DNA from: a virus
Virus record (IMG/VR): IMGVR_UViG_3300024258_000005
DNA: 64,000 bases
Strand: one strand, 5' to 3'
The stretch's first letter is position 1; every line of letters starts with the position of its first letter. The notes under the pieces were generated by a model. It searched no databases, had not been told where the DNA came from, and was given only the letters and a program-made list of their open reading frames with translations. Made by a program: the position numbers and the translations under genes. Below, piece by piece: positions 7,640-17,382 of this stretch.

Positions 7640-7692
7640 TAAGTAAAATAGTATTTATTATACTTATTATAATCGGTTATTTAAATTATGAA
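7636..7692 (+). CDS. Putative 18-aa hydrophobic peptide
   Basis: ATGA overlap with the PARP stop; MISKIVFIILIIIGYFKL. Confidence 0.3.
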
Positions 7693-7789
7693 ACGGGTTA
7701 TTATGGGTTTTAGAAACAATGCGCAATTTAGAAAAAGAAACAAAGTTGATTCAACAGAATCTACTCAAACACAAAATAAAGGAAATATA

Positions 7790-9007
7790 ATGAATAAAGA
7801 AATCACAGGAATTGATGCTAACTTACCAGATGGTGTAGTAAAAGAATTATACAAAAGAATTGACAAGTATATTGAATATTTACCAGAAGATGAAAGATAT
7901 TTTGCTAAGCAATTAATTATTTGGATTAGTGGTGATAACAGTGGAACAAGTTCTGTTAATACTGCAATCATTGAAAAGAGAAGTATGTTTATGATCTTTA
8001 TGGCAATTGGTAAAAGAAAACAATTTAATGTTGATAGTGATCCAAAATACATTATGTTATATAAAAAATATCAAACACATATGGAAGTAAAATATAGTTT
8101 ACAGATTCCTTCTTGGCAAGAATTATCAGACTTTTATTCATATCCTGCAATGACTGCTGATATTTTTAAGGTTGAGATTAAAAAACATGATGATGATATT
8201 CAAAGATTTGTGAAAGCAAGTCAGGTGGAAAAAGAGATTAATGATGTTCCTGACGCAGTATCTTTTATTCCAACACAAACAGATGTTGATCGTCTTGGTA
8301 AAGTAAAGGACCGTGTAGTGAAAAATATTAGTGAAAATTATGAAAAATGTATAGAAGCAGCTGTTGATTTAGATATGGATACTTTTGGTTTTATGAAACC
8401 TGTTATTGAAGAATTTAAAGGTGATAAAGGCACCATGAATACTTTTCTAAAAGCATTAGATAATAAGAATCCTTTAAAGCTTTTCGAAGCGGCTACAAAA
8501 CGTAAACCAAAAAGTGAAAAACTTAAAACTATTTTAGAGCAATATGTAGAATTTATTGATGATATGAAAAAAACTGATGAGGCGGCTGCACATACAGCTA
8601 CTGATGAAGTTGCTGTTGATGTGTTTAAGGTGTTTAATGACGCTTCAAAATCACAATGTCATACTACACCTGATGTAGGTGCAACTCGTGGAGATACTCA
8701 AAAAGTTCCTTTCGTTGCAAAAGAACTATTAATGTTAAATAAAGTAGAAATTGTTCAACATATTGATCAGATGATGTTAAAAATTATAAATGATACTGTT
8801 TCAACATTTGGTGTTGAATTTGAGAGTTTCAATGATTATGAAAATGAAATTTTTAATGAAGCAATTGTTTCGTTGAAAAAACGTCACCAATTTGAAATAT
8901 ATGGTAGATGTCAATCTCTTCGTGAGATGATTGCACTATTAGATATTTATGTTAATAGACGCGGACATAATATGTTATCACATGTTATTGAAACTTACGA
9001 AGCTTAA
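7790..9007 (+). CDS. Hypothetical alpha-helical protein
   Basis: Long ORF; start moved to ATG 7790 after AAGGAAA (track start 7688). Confidence 0.8.
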   Translation: MNKEITGIDANLPDGVVKELYKRIDKYIEYLPEDERYFAKQLIIWISGDNSGTSSVNTAIIEKRSMFMIFMAIGKRKQFNVDSDPKYIMLYKKYQTHMEVKYSLQIPSWQELSDFYSYPAMTADIFKVEIKKHDDDIQRFVKASQVEKEINDVPDAVSFIPTQTDVDRLGKVKDRVVKNISENYEKCIEAAVDLDMDTFGFMKPVIEEFKGDKGTMNTFLKALDNKNPLKLFEAATKRKPKSEKLKTILEQYVEFIDDMKKTDEAAAHTATDEVAVDVFKVFNDASKSQCHTTPDVGATRGDTQKVPFVAKELLMLNKVEIVQHIDQMMLKIINDTVSTFGVEFESFNDYENEIFNEAIVSLKKRHQFEIYGRCQSLREMIALLDIYVNRRGHNMLSHVIETYEA

Positions 9008-9016
9008 AGGGTAAAA

Positions 9017-10051
9017 ATGTTATTAGAATTCGTCACAATGAAAGATCCACATCTTTCATTTGGTTTTCAAAATAGAATTCGAAAGAACTATGAGAAACAT
9101 ATTAGTCAAAAGTTAGAGTTTGTTAGAGGTTATGCTTTATCAAATAATATAGATACTGTTGTTTTTACAGGTGATGTTTTTGATTCTAGTACAGAAGATA
9201 AATGGTCATTTAAAAAATACAGAAAGAATAAAAGAGCACTTGAAGAATTTAAAGGTTCAGAATTAAAGCTTTATTCAAATGTTGGTAACCATGATATGTT
9301 TCATGGTTATGAAGAATCTGAAGATACTATCTTCGGTGAAATGGTTCATGATAATATTTTAATAAACTTAACTAAAAATCCTTTAGTTCATATGGAAAAT
9401 ACATCTGTTATAAAAGTTCAAGGTGTTGATTATTCAAATGAAAATAATATTGTTCTTGAGAACATTAGAGTTTTTGATGAAGAAGCATATCCTGGATATG
9501 ATGTATTTAAAGTTTGTGTGTTACATTCTAATGTAACACCGAATGAAGTAAAAAGAGTTACAGACTTTACTTATAAATCATTAGCTGAAAAATTTCCAGA
9601 TATTGATGTTTTTATATTAGGTCATTACCATGTTGGTTATGATACTACTACTATGAAACGAGAAGGTGGTAAAGATATAACTTTTATAAACAATTGGAAC
9701 TTTACTCGTGTAGTAAGAGATTATGAAGTTGAATTAGATGAACATTCTCCTGAGTTTGAACATGTATCAATTCAATTTGATAATATTACTAAACAGTTTA
9801 ATTTGGAAACTAAAACTATTAAGGTACCATTCGTTACTTACAATGAAGCTTTTTCTGCAAAAGATATTGATATATTAAAGAAGAGTAAAAAAGAAATTTT
9901 TAACTTTTTTGAAGATATAAATTTTGAAGATATAAAAGTAGATAGTAAAAAAGATGATGATACTTTAATTACAAAAATAGTTGAAGAAAATGAATATACT
10001 GAGGGTGCTATGAATTGCGCCCTCGAGTATTTAAATAATGCACAAGGATAA
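9017..10051 (+). CDS. sbcD: Mre11/SbcD-like metallophosphoesterase nuclease
   Basis: DPH, FTGDVFD, VGNHD, VLH and LGHYH motifs. Confidence 0.85.
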   Translation: MLLEFVTMKDPHLSFGFQNRIRKNYEKHISQKLEFVRGYALSNNIDTVVFTGDVFDSSTEDKWSFKKYRKNKRALEEFKGSELKLYSNVGNHDMFHGYEESEDTIFGEMVHDNILINLTKNPLVHMENTSVIKVQGVDYSNENNIVLENIRVFDEEAYPGYDVFKVCVLHSNVTPNEVKRVTDFTYKSLAEKFPDIDVFILGHYHVGYDTTTMKREGGKDITFINNWNFTRVVRDYEVELDEHSPEFEHVSIQFDNITKQFNLETKTIKVPFVTYNEAFSAKDIDILKKSKKEIFNFFEDINFEDIKVDSKKDDDTLITKIVEENEYTEGAMNCALEYLNNAQG

Positions 10052-10053
10052 AC

Positions 10054-11697
10054 ATGCAAGGTACAAATAGACCCTCAATATTACAATTAAGCATAATGAA
10101 AATATTTGCAACAGATACAAAAACATCAAAATATTTAGAAAAACGTTTTGAGTTAGATGATGAAGCATTTATTGATGCTGCTAAAAAGCAACGTCCGAAA
10201 AATAGAAAGTTGATTGATTTTTTAGATGAACGTAGAGTTCATTTAGAAAATACAGTTCCACCTGAAGTCGAAGAAGAAGTTGCTGAGACTGAACCTGAGA
10301 CTGAACCTGAGACTGAACCTGAGATTAGTAAAGATGATCAAATTCTTTTACAACTAAGAGAAATCTTTGCAAAAGATTCTGGTACACTAAAAAGAATTAA
10401 TCGTAATTATGTGCAAGGTGTCGTCGGTGAAGCATTAGTTGTTATTGCTTTAAAGGCTAGACCTAAAAATGCTAAAACTTTAGCAATATTACATGAGATC
10501 AGATTTGGTCCTAAACGTGTTGTAGAAGAAGAAGATGTTGTAGATGATACATGGTCTAAAGAAGTTGCTGATAAAGTGTCTAAAGAAGATGATGAAGTAA
10601 AAGTTACAACAGCTGCTGGTAAATATGATAATGTTGTAGTAGGCAAAATAAAAGGTAAAGTTGAAAAAATTGGTAAAGTTTCACATGTAGCTGAAGGTTT
10701 TGATGTTCGTGCTAAACTATTAGTTGCATTCTCAACAGATACTGGCACTTTAAAAGCAATCAATAAAAAGATTGGTAAGAATATTGGTGATGATGATTTA
10801 ATTGAAATGTGTTTAAGTCGTCGTCCTAAGAATGCAAAACTTAAAGCAATAATGAAAGACTTATCAGATTTTAGAGAATCAGAAGATGATGTTCGAGAAT
10901 TTGAAGGTGATGACTCAATCGTAGGTGATTACGAAATTAAAGCACAGATGAAAGTTGATAATATTCCATATGTTCAAAATGATGATAAAAATTTAACTAT
11001 GTTTATTAATGGTGAGATGGAAGTAATTAATAATGAACATCCAAATTTTAAAAAGATAGTAAAATGTCTTGAAGAAGAAAAATGGAATGATATTATACCA
11101 ATGCTTGATATTCGTTGTAGTGTTGCAAATTTAGTTTATAAGCAATTGGAGTTTAAAAATGATACTCTTTATCATGAAGGTAAAGAATTAGATGGAGCAC
11201 TTATTGATTTCATTTTAGCAATGGTGGAATCAGGTGAAAATGATATTCAACCATTTATGAGATTCTTACATAAGTTATTAAAGAATCCAAGTAAACGAGC
11301 ACAAAAAGAACTTTATAGTTTTCTAGCATCAGGTAAGATTCCAATTAATGAGAGAGGCAATATTCTAACTTATAAACGTATTAATGAAAACTGGACTGAT
11401 TGTCATTCTGGTAGTATTAGTAATAAAGTTGGTGAAACTGTTTCAATGGAAAGAGGTAAAGTTGATGATAGAAGTACTGTAACTTGTTCTCAAGGTTTAC
11501 ATGTTTGTTCATATAGTTATCTTTCATCATTCGGTGGAGGTAGAACAGTTATATGTGAAGTTAATCCTTTAGATGTTGTTTCAATTCCTTCAGATTATCG
11601 GAATGCGAAAATGAGATGTTGTAAATATACAATTCTTAAAGAAATTAAGAATAACGAAGCAGATGTACTTTCAGAAAGTCCTATCTACTTTAAATAA
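10054..11697 (+). CDS. rIIB: rIIB-like protein with a long repeated N-terminal extension
   Basis: HPNF, FL..LLKNPS, YKRI..NWTDCHSG, TCSQGLH, VNPLDVVSIPSDY..AKMRCCKY. Confidence 0.9.
   Translation: MQGTNRPSILQLSIMKIFATDTKTSKYLEKRFELDDEAFIDAAKKQRPKNRKLIDFLDERRVHLENTVPPEVEEEVAETEPETEPETEPEISKDDQILLQLREIFAKDSGTLKRINRNYVQGVVGEALVVIALKARPKNAKTLAILHEIRFGPKRVVEEEDVVDDTWSKEVADKVSKEDDEVKVTTAAGKYDNVVVGKIKGKVEKIGKVSHVAEGFDVRAKLLVAFSTDTGTLKAINKKIGKNIGDDDLIEMCLSRRPKNAKLKAIMKDLSDFRESEDDVREFEGDDSIVGDYEIKAQMKVDNIPYVQNDDKNLTMFINGEMEVINNEHPNFKKIVKCLEEEKWNDIIPMLDIRCSVANLVYKQLEFKNDTLYHEGKELDGALIDFILAMVESGENDIQPFMRFLHKLLKNPSKRAQKELYSFLASGKIPINERGNILTYKRINENWTDCHSGSISNKVGETVSMERGKVDDRSTVTCSQGLHVCSYSYLSSFGGGRTVICEVNPLDVVSIPSDYRNAKMRCCKYTILKEIKNNEADVLSESPIYFK
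10285..10323 (+). repeat. In-frame 12-bp tandem repeat (ETEP x3)
   Basis: GAGACTGAACCT x3 plus GAG. Confidence 0.9.
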
Positions 11698-11703
11698 AAA
11701 ACG

Positions 11704-11731
11704 ATCTTTAAAGATTTCGATCTTTAAAGAT
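11704..11731. repeat. Two copies of palindrome ATCTTTAAAGAT
   Basis: Copies at 11704-11715 and 11720-11731, intergenic between rIIB and rIIA. Confidence 0.9.
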
Positions 11732-11743
11732 CATAATGTCATG

Positions 11744-11752
11744 TGATATAAC
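11744..11752 (+). promoter_or_regulatory. Extended -10-like promoter element upstream of rIIA
   Basis: TG-A-TATAAC resembles TGnTATAAT, about 35 nt before the ATG. Confidence 0.4.
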
Positions 11753-11786
11753 CACAAATAAAAATAAAATTATATAAGGAAAAAAA

Positions 11787-14450
11787 ATGATAATTCAAGA
11801 TGAAAAATCAATAGTAAAAATGAACGGAGCACTTGAAACTGCTGACTTTGAAATTAAAACAGATGATGGAAAAATGTTTCACATTCTTTCAAATCTTTAT
11901 TCTAATCCATTAGGCGCAGTAGTAAGAGAATTAAGTACAAACTGTGGAGATGGTCATAAAATTGCAGGAAGTGAAGAATTACCTTTTGATATTATTCTAC
12001 CTGGTAGAATGGATAGCGGTAACTTTATTACTTTTCGTGATTATGGTCCTGGTATGCCACATGATGTGGTTATGAGTATTTTTACTACATTTGGTCAAAG
12101 TACTAAATCTGGTTCAAATACAGAAACTGGTTGTTTAGGTTTAGGGAGTAAATCTCCTTTAGCTATTACTGATTCATTTACGGTTACAAGTGTTAATGAT
12201 GGTTTTAAAACAACATATTCCGTATCAAAAGATGCTCAAAGAAAACCAGTACTTGCTAAATTTGGAAGTATTGAAACAGAAGAAGAAAATGGTTTAAGTG
12301 TAACTGTTCCTTTATCAAGTACACATCAAAATAATGTTATGAATGAAATTATTTCACAACTAGAATTCTTTAAAGTTAAACCAAATGTTTATAATGGTGA
12401 TAAAGAAATTAATATGAATTGGAATGATAATTCAAGATTCTTTTCTTTAACTGATGAGATATTTATTAAAGAAAAAAGATATGATAAGGATTCTAGAATC
12501 ATTCAAGGTGAGATTGGTTATTCATTTAACAGTTCAACTTTAATTAATACGTTTGTTATTGATGATAAAGATCAACATAAATTAGAATTTTTGGAAGTTA
12601 AAGATCAACATATTTCTAGAGAAACTTTTGAGATATTAAATAAATTTTTTAATAGACATGAGTTGCAGATTTATATGCCAATGGGTACTGTAACATTTGC
12701 TCCTTCGCGTGAAGAGCTAATTTATGATATATTAACTTGTCATAATATTATGGAACAACTATTAAAAAGTATTCAACTTATTGGTCATAAATATAAAGAT
12801 ATTTATGACCTTGTTGAAAACACTTATCAGTATAGACAAATCAGACAAGGTTATTCTAGTTCAAGTGAATATATTGCTGGTCTAGATGATAAAATGAAAC
12901 GATTTATGTCTATTATTGGATGGGGTTTTGAAAATTCATTTCGTACTAAATGGAAATTATTAGATGGTACAGACGCTAATATAAACATAGGTCCAATTAA
13001 AAGTTTTCCTAAGTTTAATCAATTTATTGAGCTTCGTCATATGACATATAATCCTTGGTCTTTCCAGATTCAAACGAAAAATATGATTACAAAAAAGAAA
13101 GACCGTTGGTCAAGTCCAGATGAAGTTACAATCTCATCCGGTCCAATTTATGATTTCGTTGATAAAGTGAATTATAAAAATATCAAGTTTGTTCTTGTAG
13201 CTAAAGATGAAAAGTTTCATAAGAAGCACATCAATAATTATTTAACTTCTGTTAATACAGGTAAAAATGGTTTAGGTGATACAATAGATGTTGTTATGAT
13301 TAAGACTTTAGATATACATGCAACAGATGAGATGCAAAAAGAGTTTATAAAGTATTGTGGATTATCTCCTGAAAATGCTTTACATTATGAGAAAGTTCTT
13401 GAAATTTCTCAAGAGTTAATTGATTCAGGTAAGGCACCTGTTAAAGCATATGAAAGCAAACCTAAAACTTTACGATACGCTTACTTAAAAAACGTTTCTA
13501 GAGATAATAGAAATTGGAGTACTGCGGAAGTAACATCAAAAACAATTAAAGAAGATTTGATTGGTTTATATATCCCAACTTTCAATAATAAGATTATTTT
13601 TAAAAATTCAACAAAAGAGTTGTATCCTGAGTTATGGAGCATAGTTGAAAGACCAAGAACAAAAGAAGATGGTTTAAGTTATCTTTTAAAATTTTTAAAC
13701 ACTTTTGGTCATAAGATTAATTTTGATATTAAGCTTTATAGTGGTCATGAAAATAATTTTAAAACTACCCAACTAGTTCACCTTGAAGATTTTATAAATG
13801 CTGTTGTTGCTAAATCTAGATATCAAAATGCTTGGCATGCTTTAAATCGTACACAAAAAACATTCAATGGTAATATTACACAAGTGGATTCTGTTTCTAC
13901 TTTTGTAAATAATATTGATTTTTATAGTGGAATATATGATGGTAAAATATCTGATAGACATAAAACTTTATTAGCTAAAATACAAAAAGAAATGAAACCA
14001 TTAAAGGATTGGTTTTTTAAAGATGAACATCCAATTATAGCATTATATGAAAAGTGTAAAAAGTATAATGTTCGAAATGATTATATGGGTATACTTCAAA
14101 ATACAAATCTAATTAATTATCCGGAAGAATTAAAAATTATAGGCGGTTATTTAGATGTTAAATTTGATTTTGTTAACTTAGATGTTGATTTTGTTAAGGT
14201 TGATGATATGTATAACTTAGGTGAATTTAGAAGTTCAAATAATTTTAAATATGGTTACAATCAGGTTTCTGATATGTTTACACGATTAGAAAATACATTA
14301 TATTCAATCAATAAGCAAGACTTTATGGAAGAATTTGCACCAGGCTTAAATACATTTGGAAGAATTCCAGTAGTTATTGATGACGAAGAAGAACAAGATA
14401 GTGCTATTAATAAGCATGATTCTACCGAGGTAGAATTGGTAGCTGAATAA
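11787..14450 (+). CDS. rIIA: rIIA-like protein (N-terminal GHKL/Hsp90-like ATPase)
   Basis: LYSNPLGAVVRELSTN, RDYGPGM, FGQSTK, GCLGLGSKSP; adjacent to rIIB. Confidence 0.9.
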   Translation: MIIQDEKSIVKMNGALETADFEIKTDDGKMFHILSNLYSNPLGAVVRELSTNCGDGHKIAGSEELPFDIILPGRMDSGNFITFRDYGPGMPHDVVMSIFTTFGQSTKSGSNTETGCLGLGSKSPLAITDSFTVTSVNDGFKTTYSVSKDAQRKPVLAKFGSIETEEENGLSVTVPLSSTHQNNVMNEIISQLEFFKVKPNVYNGDKEINMNWNDNSRFFSLTDEIFIKEKRYDKDSRIIQGEIGYSFNSSTLINTFVIDDKDQHKLEFLEVKDQHISRETFEILNKFFNRHELQIYMPMGTVTFAPSREELIYDILTCHNIMEQLLKSIQLIGHKYKDIYDLVENTYQYRQIRQGYSSSSEYIAGLDDKMKRFMSIIGWGFENSFRTKWKLLDGTDANINIGPIKSFPKFNQFIELRHMTYNPWSFQIQTKNMITKKKDRWSSPDEVTISSGPIYDFVDKVNYKNIKFVLVAKDEKFHKKHINNYLTSVNTGKNGLGDTIDVVMIKTLDIHATDEMQKEFIKYCGLSPENALHYEKVLEISQELIDSGKAPVKAYESKPKTLRYAYLKNVSRDNRNWSTAEVTSKTIKEDLIGLYIPTFNNKIIFKNSTKELYPELWSIVERPRTKEDGLSYLLKFLNTFGHKINFDIKLYSGHENNFKTTQLVHLEDFINAVVAKSRYQNAWHALNRTQKTFNGNITQVDSVSTFVNNIDFYSGIYDGKISDRHKTLLAKIQKEMKPLKDWFFKDEHPIIALYEKCKKYNVRNDYMGILQNTNLINYPEELKIIGGYLDVKFDFVNLDVDFVKVDDMYNLGEFRSSNNFKYGYNQVSDMFTRLENTLYSINKQDFMEEFAPGLNTFGRIPVVIDDEEEQDSAINKHDSTEVELVAE

Positions 14451-14461
14451 AAGGAGATACG

Positions 14462-16450
14462 TTGGAAGAAACATTTGATGTTGTAAAATTCAAAATGAAT
14501 AGTCATAAACAGAACATCGATACATTATCGCAAAAGATAACACAAGATGAAGCTGAGTTATTAACTGTTCAACAAAAGATGAAAGATTTAGGTGATGCAA
14601 AAAGTATCTTAACAATTCTAAAAAATTATAAGATGGAATCTAAAAAAGATTTCATTCTTAAAACAATTAACACCGCACTCGAAGATGTATTTGATCAAAA
14701 CCTTAGAGTAGATATTGAAGCAATGTCTGCAACAAGTACTGGTAAAATTAACATGAAGTATGATATTGTTCTTTATCAGAATGATATTGAAATGGCTCGT
14801 AATGAAAAACTTTTAGGTAATAATGGTGGTGGGGTATTAAGTTTTATTAGTATTCTATTTAAAGTTCTTGTTGGTTATATTTACTCTGATAATAAATTCT
14901 TTTTATTTGATGAAAGTATAGCTCAAGTTAGTCCTTTGTATCGTCCTAGGTTAGCACAATTCTTAAGAAAGTTTTGTGAAGAATATAAATTTACTTTAGT
15001 TCTTATTAGTCAGACAGATGATATAGATGAATATGCCCATGTTGGTTATTATCTTGATGGAGAATTTGATGAAAATAATGTTCCTCTTTTAAAGATTGAT
15101 CATGTCATGGGTGAATATCCTACTGATAAATATGTCTACACTAAGATTGAAAATTTTCAAAGTATAGTTAAACTTGAATTTCGGTATAAAGGTTTTACTG
15201 TTATTCGTGGAAATAATAATATTGGTAAGAGTGCATCTTTTAGAGCTGTTAATGCAATTCTATTTAATACATTTGATGTAAAAGATCATCCTAGAAAACT
15301 TAGACCTCGTGGTGCAGAATCTAAAATCTTATTTGGTTTCTATGATTCCGAAGCAGAAGAAGATAATAGAAGTATTAGTTTAAAATACAAATCAAATAAA
15401 GTTGTATATGAATTTGATGGTAATACATTCTCTGGTAAAAGTTTAGCTTTTGATAAAGTTAAAGAGAAGGTTGAAAGTATTGGATTTAAATATGTTGACT
15501 TAAAAGAAACATATAAGAATTTTAAAGGTAATTTAAAAGATCAAACTGAAAGATTAGCAATGACTTCTCAGCATGATGGTTTTTATCTTGTTGGCAATAA
15601 AGCTTCTGAAACAGAAAAGGTTTTTAACTTTCTATTTGATAGCACTGAAGTAGCTAATGCTATATCATCTGTTACTATTGATATAAATATTAATCATAAT
15701 ATATTTAATGCTCTAAATGATGCTGTTGTTTTAAATAAAGGTAATCTAGAGAAAGAAAAAATTAATTATGATATATATGTTTATAAATATTATGTTAGTA
15801 TGATTACAACGCATATAACTAACGCATACGCCCTAGAACATAAGGCTCATATCAAAGTAACTGTTGAGGATTTAATTGCAAATATCGATACTTATATGAT
15901 GATTACACTAGGTATTGATAGTTTAGTAGAGAATAGAAATATTCTAATACAATTACAAAATACTAATGTAAAAAATAGAGAAACTATAGTAGATGAATTA
16001 ATTGAATATAGTACTTATTTAGATAAGCTTTATACGTATTTTAATGATCATGAAAAGCATAAGATTGCAAATGATAAAATGCTAGTTGTTGAAGCTGGTA
16101 TTTTAAAGTACTCGAAGTTGGAAGTTATTGCAAATGATATATACAGTCTCGAATACTATATAAATTCAATTAGTAAATATAATGATGATTTGGTAAGATT
16201 AGATTCTTTAAAACATAATAATGCTAGTTTACGATTTAGTGTTTTAAATGAATTGATTGATAGTGAACCACATTACCAATCATTAACTAATGCTATAACT
16301 CAGTATCAAAGAAATCTAGATAAAGTAGAAACATTAAAAGATAAAGATTATAGTATCTTAAATTCTATGTCTAATCTAGATAAAGAATTTGGTATAGCGA
16401 TTTGTGGTACGTGTGGAGGTTCCGGTCATATATTCGGAGAAGGACATTAA
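14462..16450 (+). CDS. sbcC: Rad50/SbcC-like ABC ATPase, circularly permuted
   Basis: Signature GNNGGG and Walker B FLFDES come before IENFQS and Walker A GNNNIGKS; C-terminal CGTC hook; TTG start with AAGGAG. Confidence 0.85.
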   Translation: MEETFDVVKFKMNSHKQNIDTLSQKITQDEAELLTVQQKMKDLGDAKSILTILKNYKMESKKDFILKTINTALEDVFDQNLRVDIEAMSATSTGKINMKYDIVLYQNDIEMARNEKLLGNNGGGVLSFISILFKVLVGYIYSDNKFFLFDESIAQVSPLYRPRLAQFLRKFCEEYKFTLVLISQTDDIDEYAHVGYYLDGEFDENNVPLLKIDHVMGEYPTDKYVYTKIENFQSIVKLEFRYKGFTVIRGNNNIGKSASFRAVNAILFNTFDVKDHPRKLRPRGAESKILFGFYDSEAEEDNRSISLKYKSNKVVYEFDGNTFSGKSLAFDKVKEKVESIGFKYVDLKETYKNFKGNLKDQTERLAMTSQHDGFYLVGNKASETEKVFNFLFDSTEVANAISSVTIDININHNIFNALNDAVVLNKGNLEKEKINYDIYVYKYYVSMITTHITNAYALEHKAHIKVTVEDLIANIDTYMMITLGIDSLVENRNILIQLQNTNVKNRETIVDELIEYSTYLDKLYTYFNDHEKHKIANDKMLVVEAGILKYSKLEVIANDIYSLEYYINSISKYNDDLVRLDSLKHNNASLRFSVLNELIDSEPHYQSLTNAITQYQRNLDKVETLKDKDYSILNSMSNLDKEFGIAICGTCGGSGHIFGEGH

Positions 16451-17082
16451 TGAAAAATGTATTATTTATTCTAGCACATATGGACGATGAATCATTCAGT
16501 GCTGGAACAATTAAGAAAATGGTTGATAAAGGAATAATTGTTACAACACTAATTGTATGTGGTAATGGATATGTTTTATCTGATGATAGACGAGCAATCA
16601 TAGAAAAGAATTTAAAACTATTGGGTGTTGTTGGTTTTACATTACAATATTTTGATTTATCTCTTAGTGATTTAAAACAAGATGTTTATGGTGAAATTAA
16701 AGAGTCTATTCAAAAATTAATTATGAGCACAAGAGCTGATACAGTCTTTACTAATAACAGTGGCGATTTGCATCCTGATCATAAAATTATTAGTAATTTG
16801 GTAAGGACAGTTTGTCGTCCAAGTTCAACAACTGTTAAATCACTATATGAATGTTATATTCCTGGTAGCACTGAATACGGAGAAGGTATTAATGCTTTTA
16901 CGACTGTTGTTGATGTATCAGAATATCTTTCTGTAAAGATGAAATGTCTTGAAAATTATGGTACAAGTTTAAAAGCTGCAACAAGTGTTGATAGTGCTTT
17001 AAATGCTAGTTCATATTTTGGAAGTATGAATGGTTATAAATATGCTGAAATATTTAAACCAATCTTTACTGAACTACTATGA
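16450..17082 (+). CDS. PIG-L/LmbE-family N-acetyl-sugar deacetylase
   Basis: AHMDDE and HPDH motifs; start moved to 16450 (TAATG overlap). Confidence 0.85.
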   Translation: MKNVLFILAHMDDESFSAGTIKKMVDKGIIVTTLIVCGNGYVLSDDRRAIIEKNLKLLGVVGFTLQYFDLSLSDLKQDVYGEIKESIQKLIMSTRADTVFTNNSGDLHPDHKIISNLVRTVCRPSSTTVKSLYECYIPGSTEYGEGINAFTTVVDVSEYLSVKMKCLENYGTSLKAATSVDSALNASSYFGSMNGYKYAEIFKPIFTELL

Positions 17083-17382
17083 ATTTAAAACAAACTAAAT
17101 TAGAGTCTGGTATTGAGCAAGTTGCAAATATGGGTTCGGGTTTCTTTACTTAGTGTATTTGCAACTCAACCTTTAGCATTAGGTACTAAAACTTTCTTTA
17201 CTTTACATAATTTTAGAAACATTAATCATATTTATATTGGTGAATCAAAAATAGTACCATATACTGATGGATTAGAATATTTTAATGTTGCAGATTTTTT
17301 TAGTAGAACTGATAATATTATAAATAGGTTAAATGAACTTTTAAACCTAAAATTATATAAGGAACCAAATGAAATTAGATAA
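17079..17382 (+). pseudogene. Apparently frameshifted small membrane-protein gene
   Basis: ATGA-coupled ORF MNLKQTKLESGIEQVANMGSGFFT stops at 17153; the +1 frame continues VSLLSVFATQPL. Confidence 0.4.

Noticed and set aside
558-17153. Stop-codon reassignment (TAG read-through) to explain the broken ORFs at 558 and 17151
   Set aside because: Reading through either TAG meets another stop within about 13 codons, and the long genes are intact under the standard code
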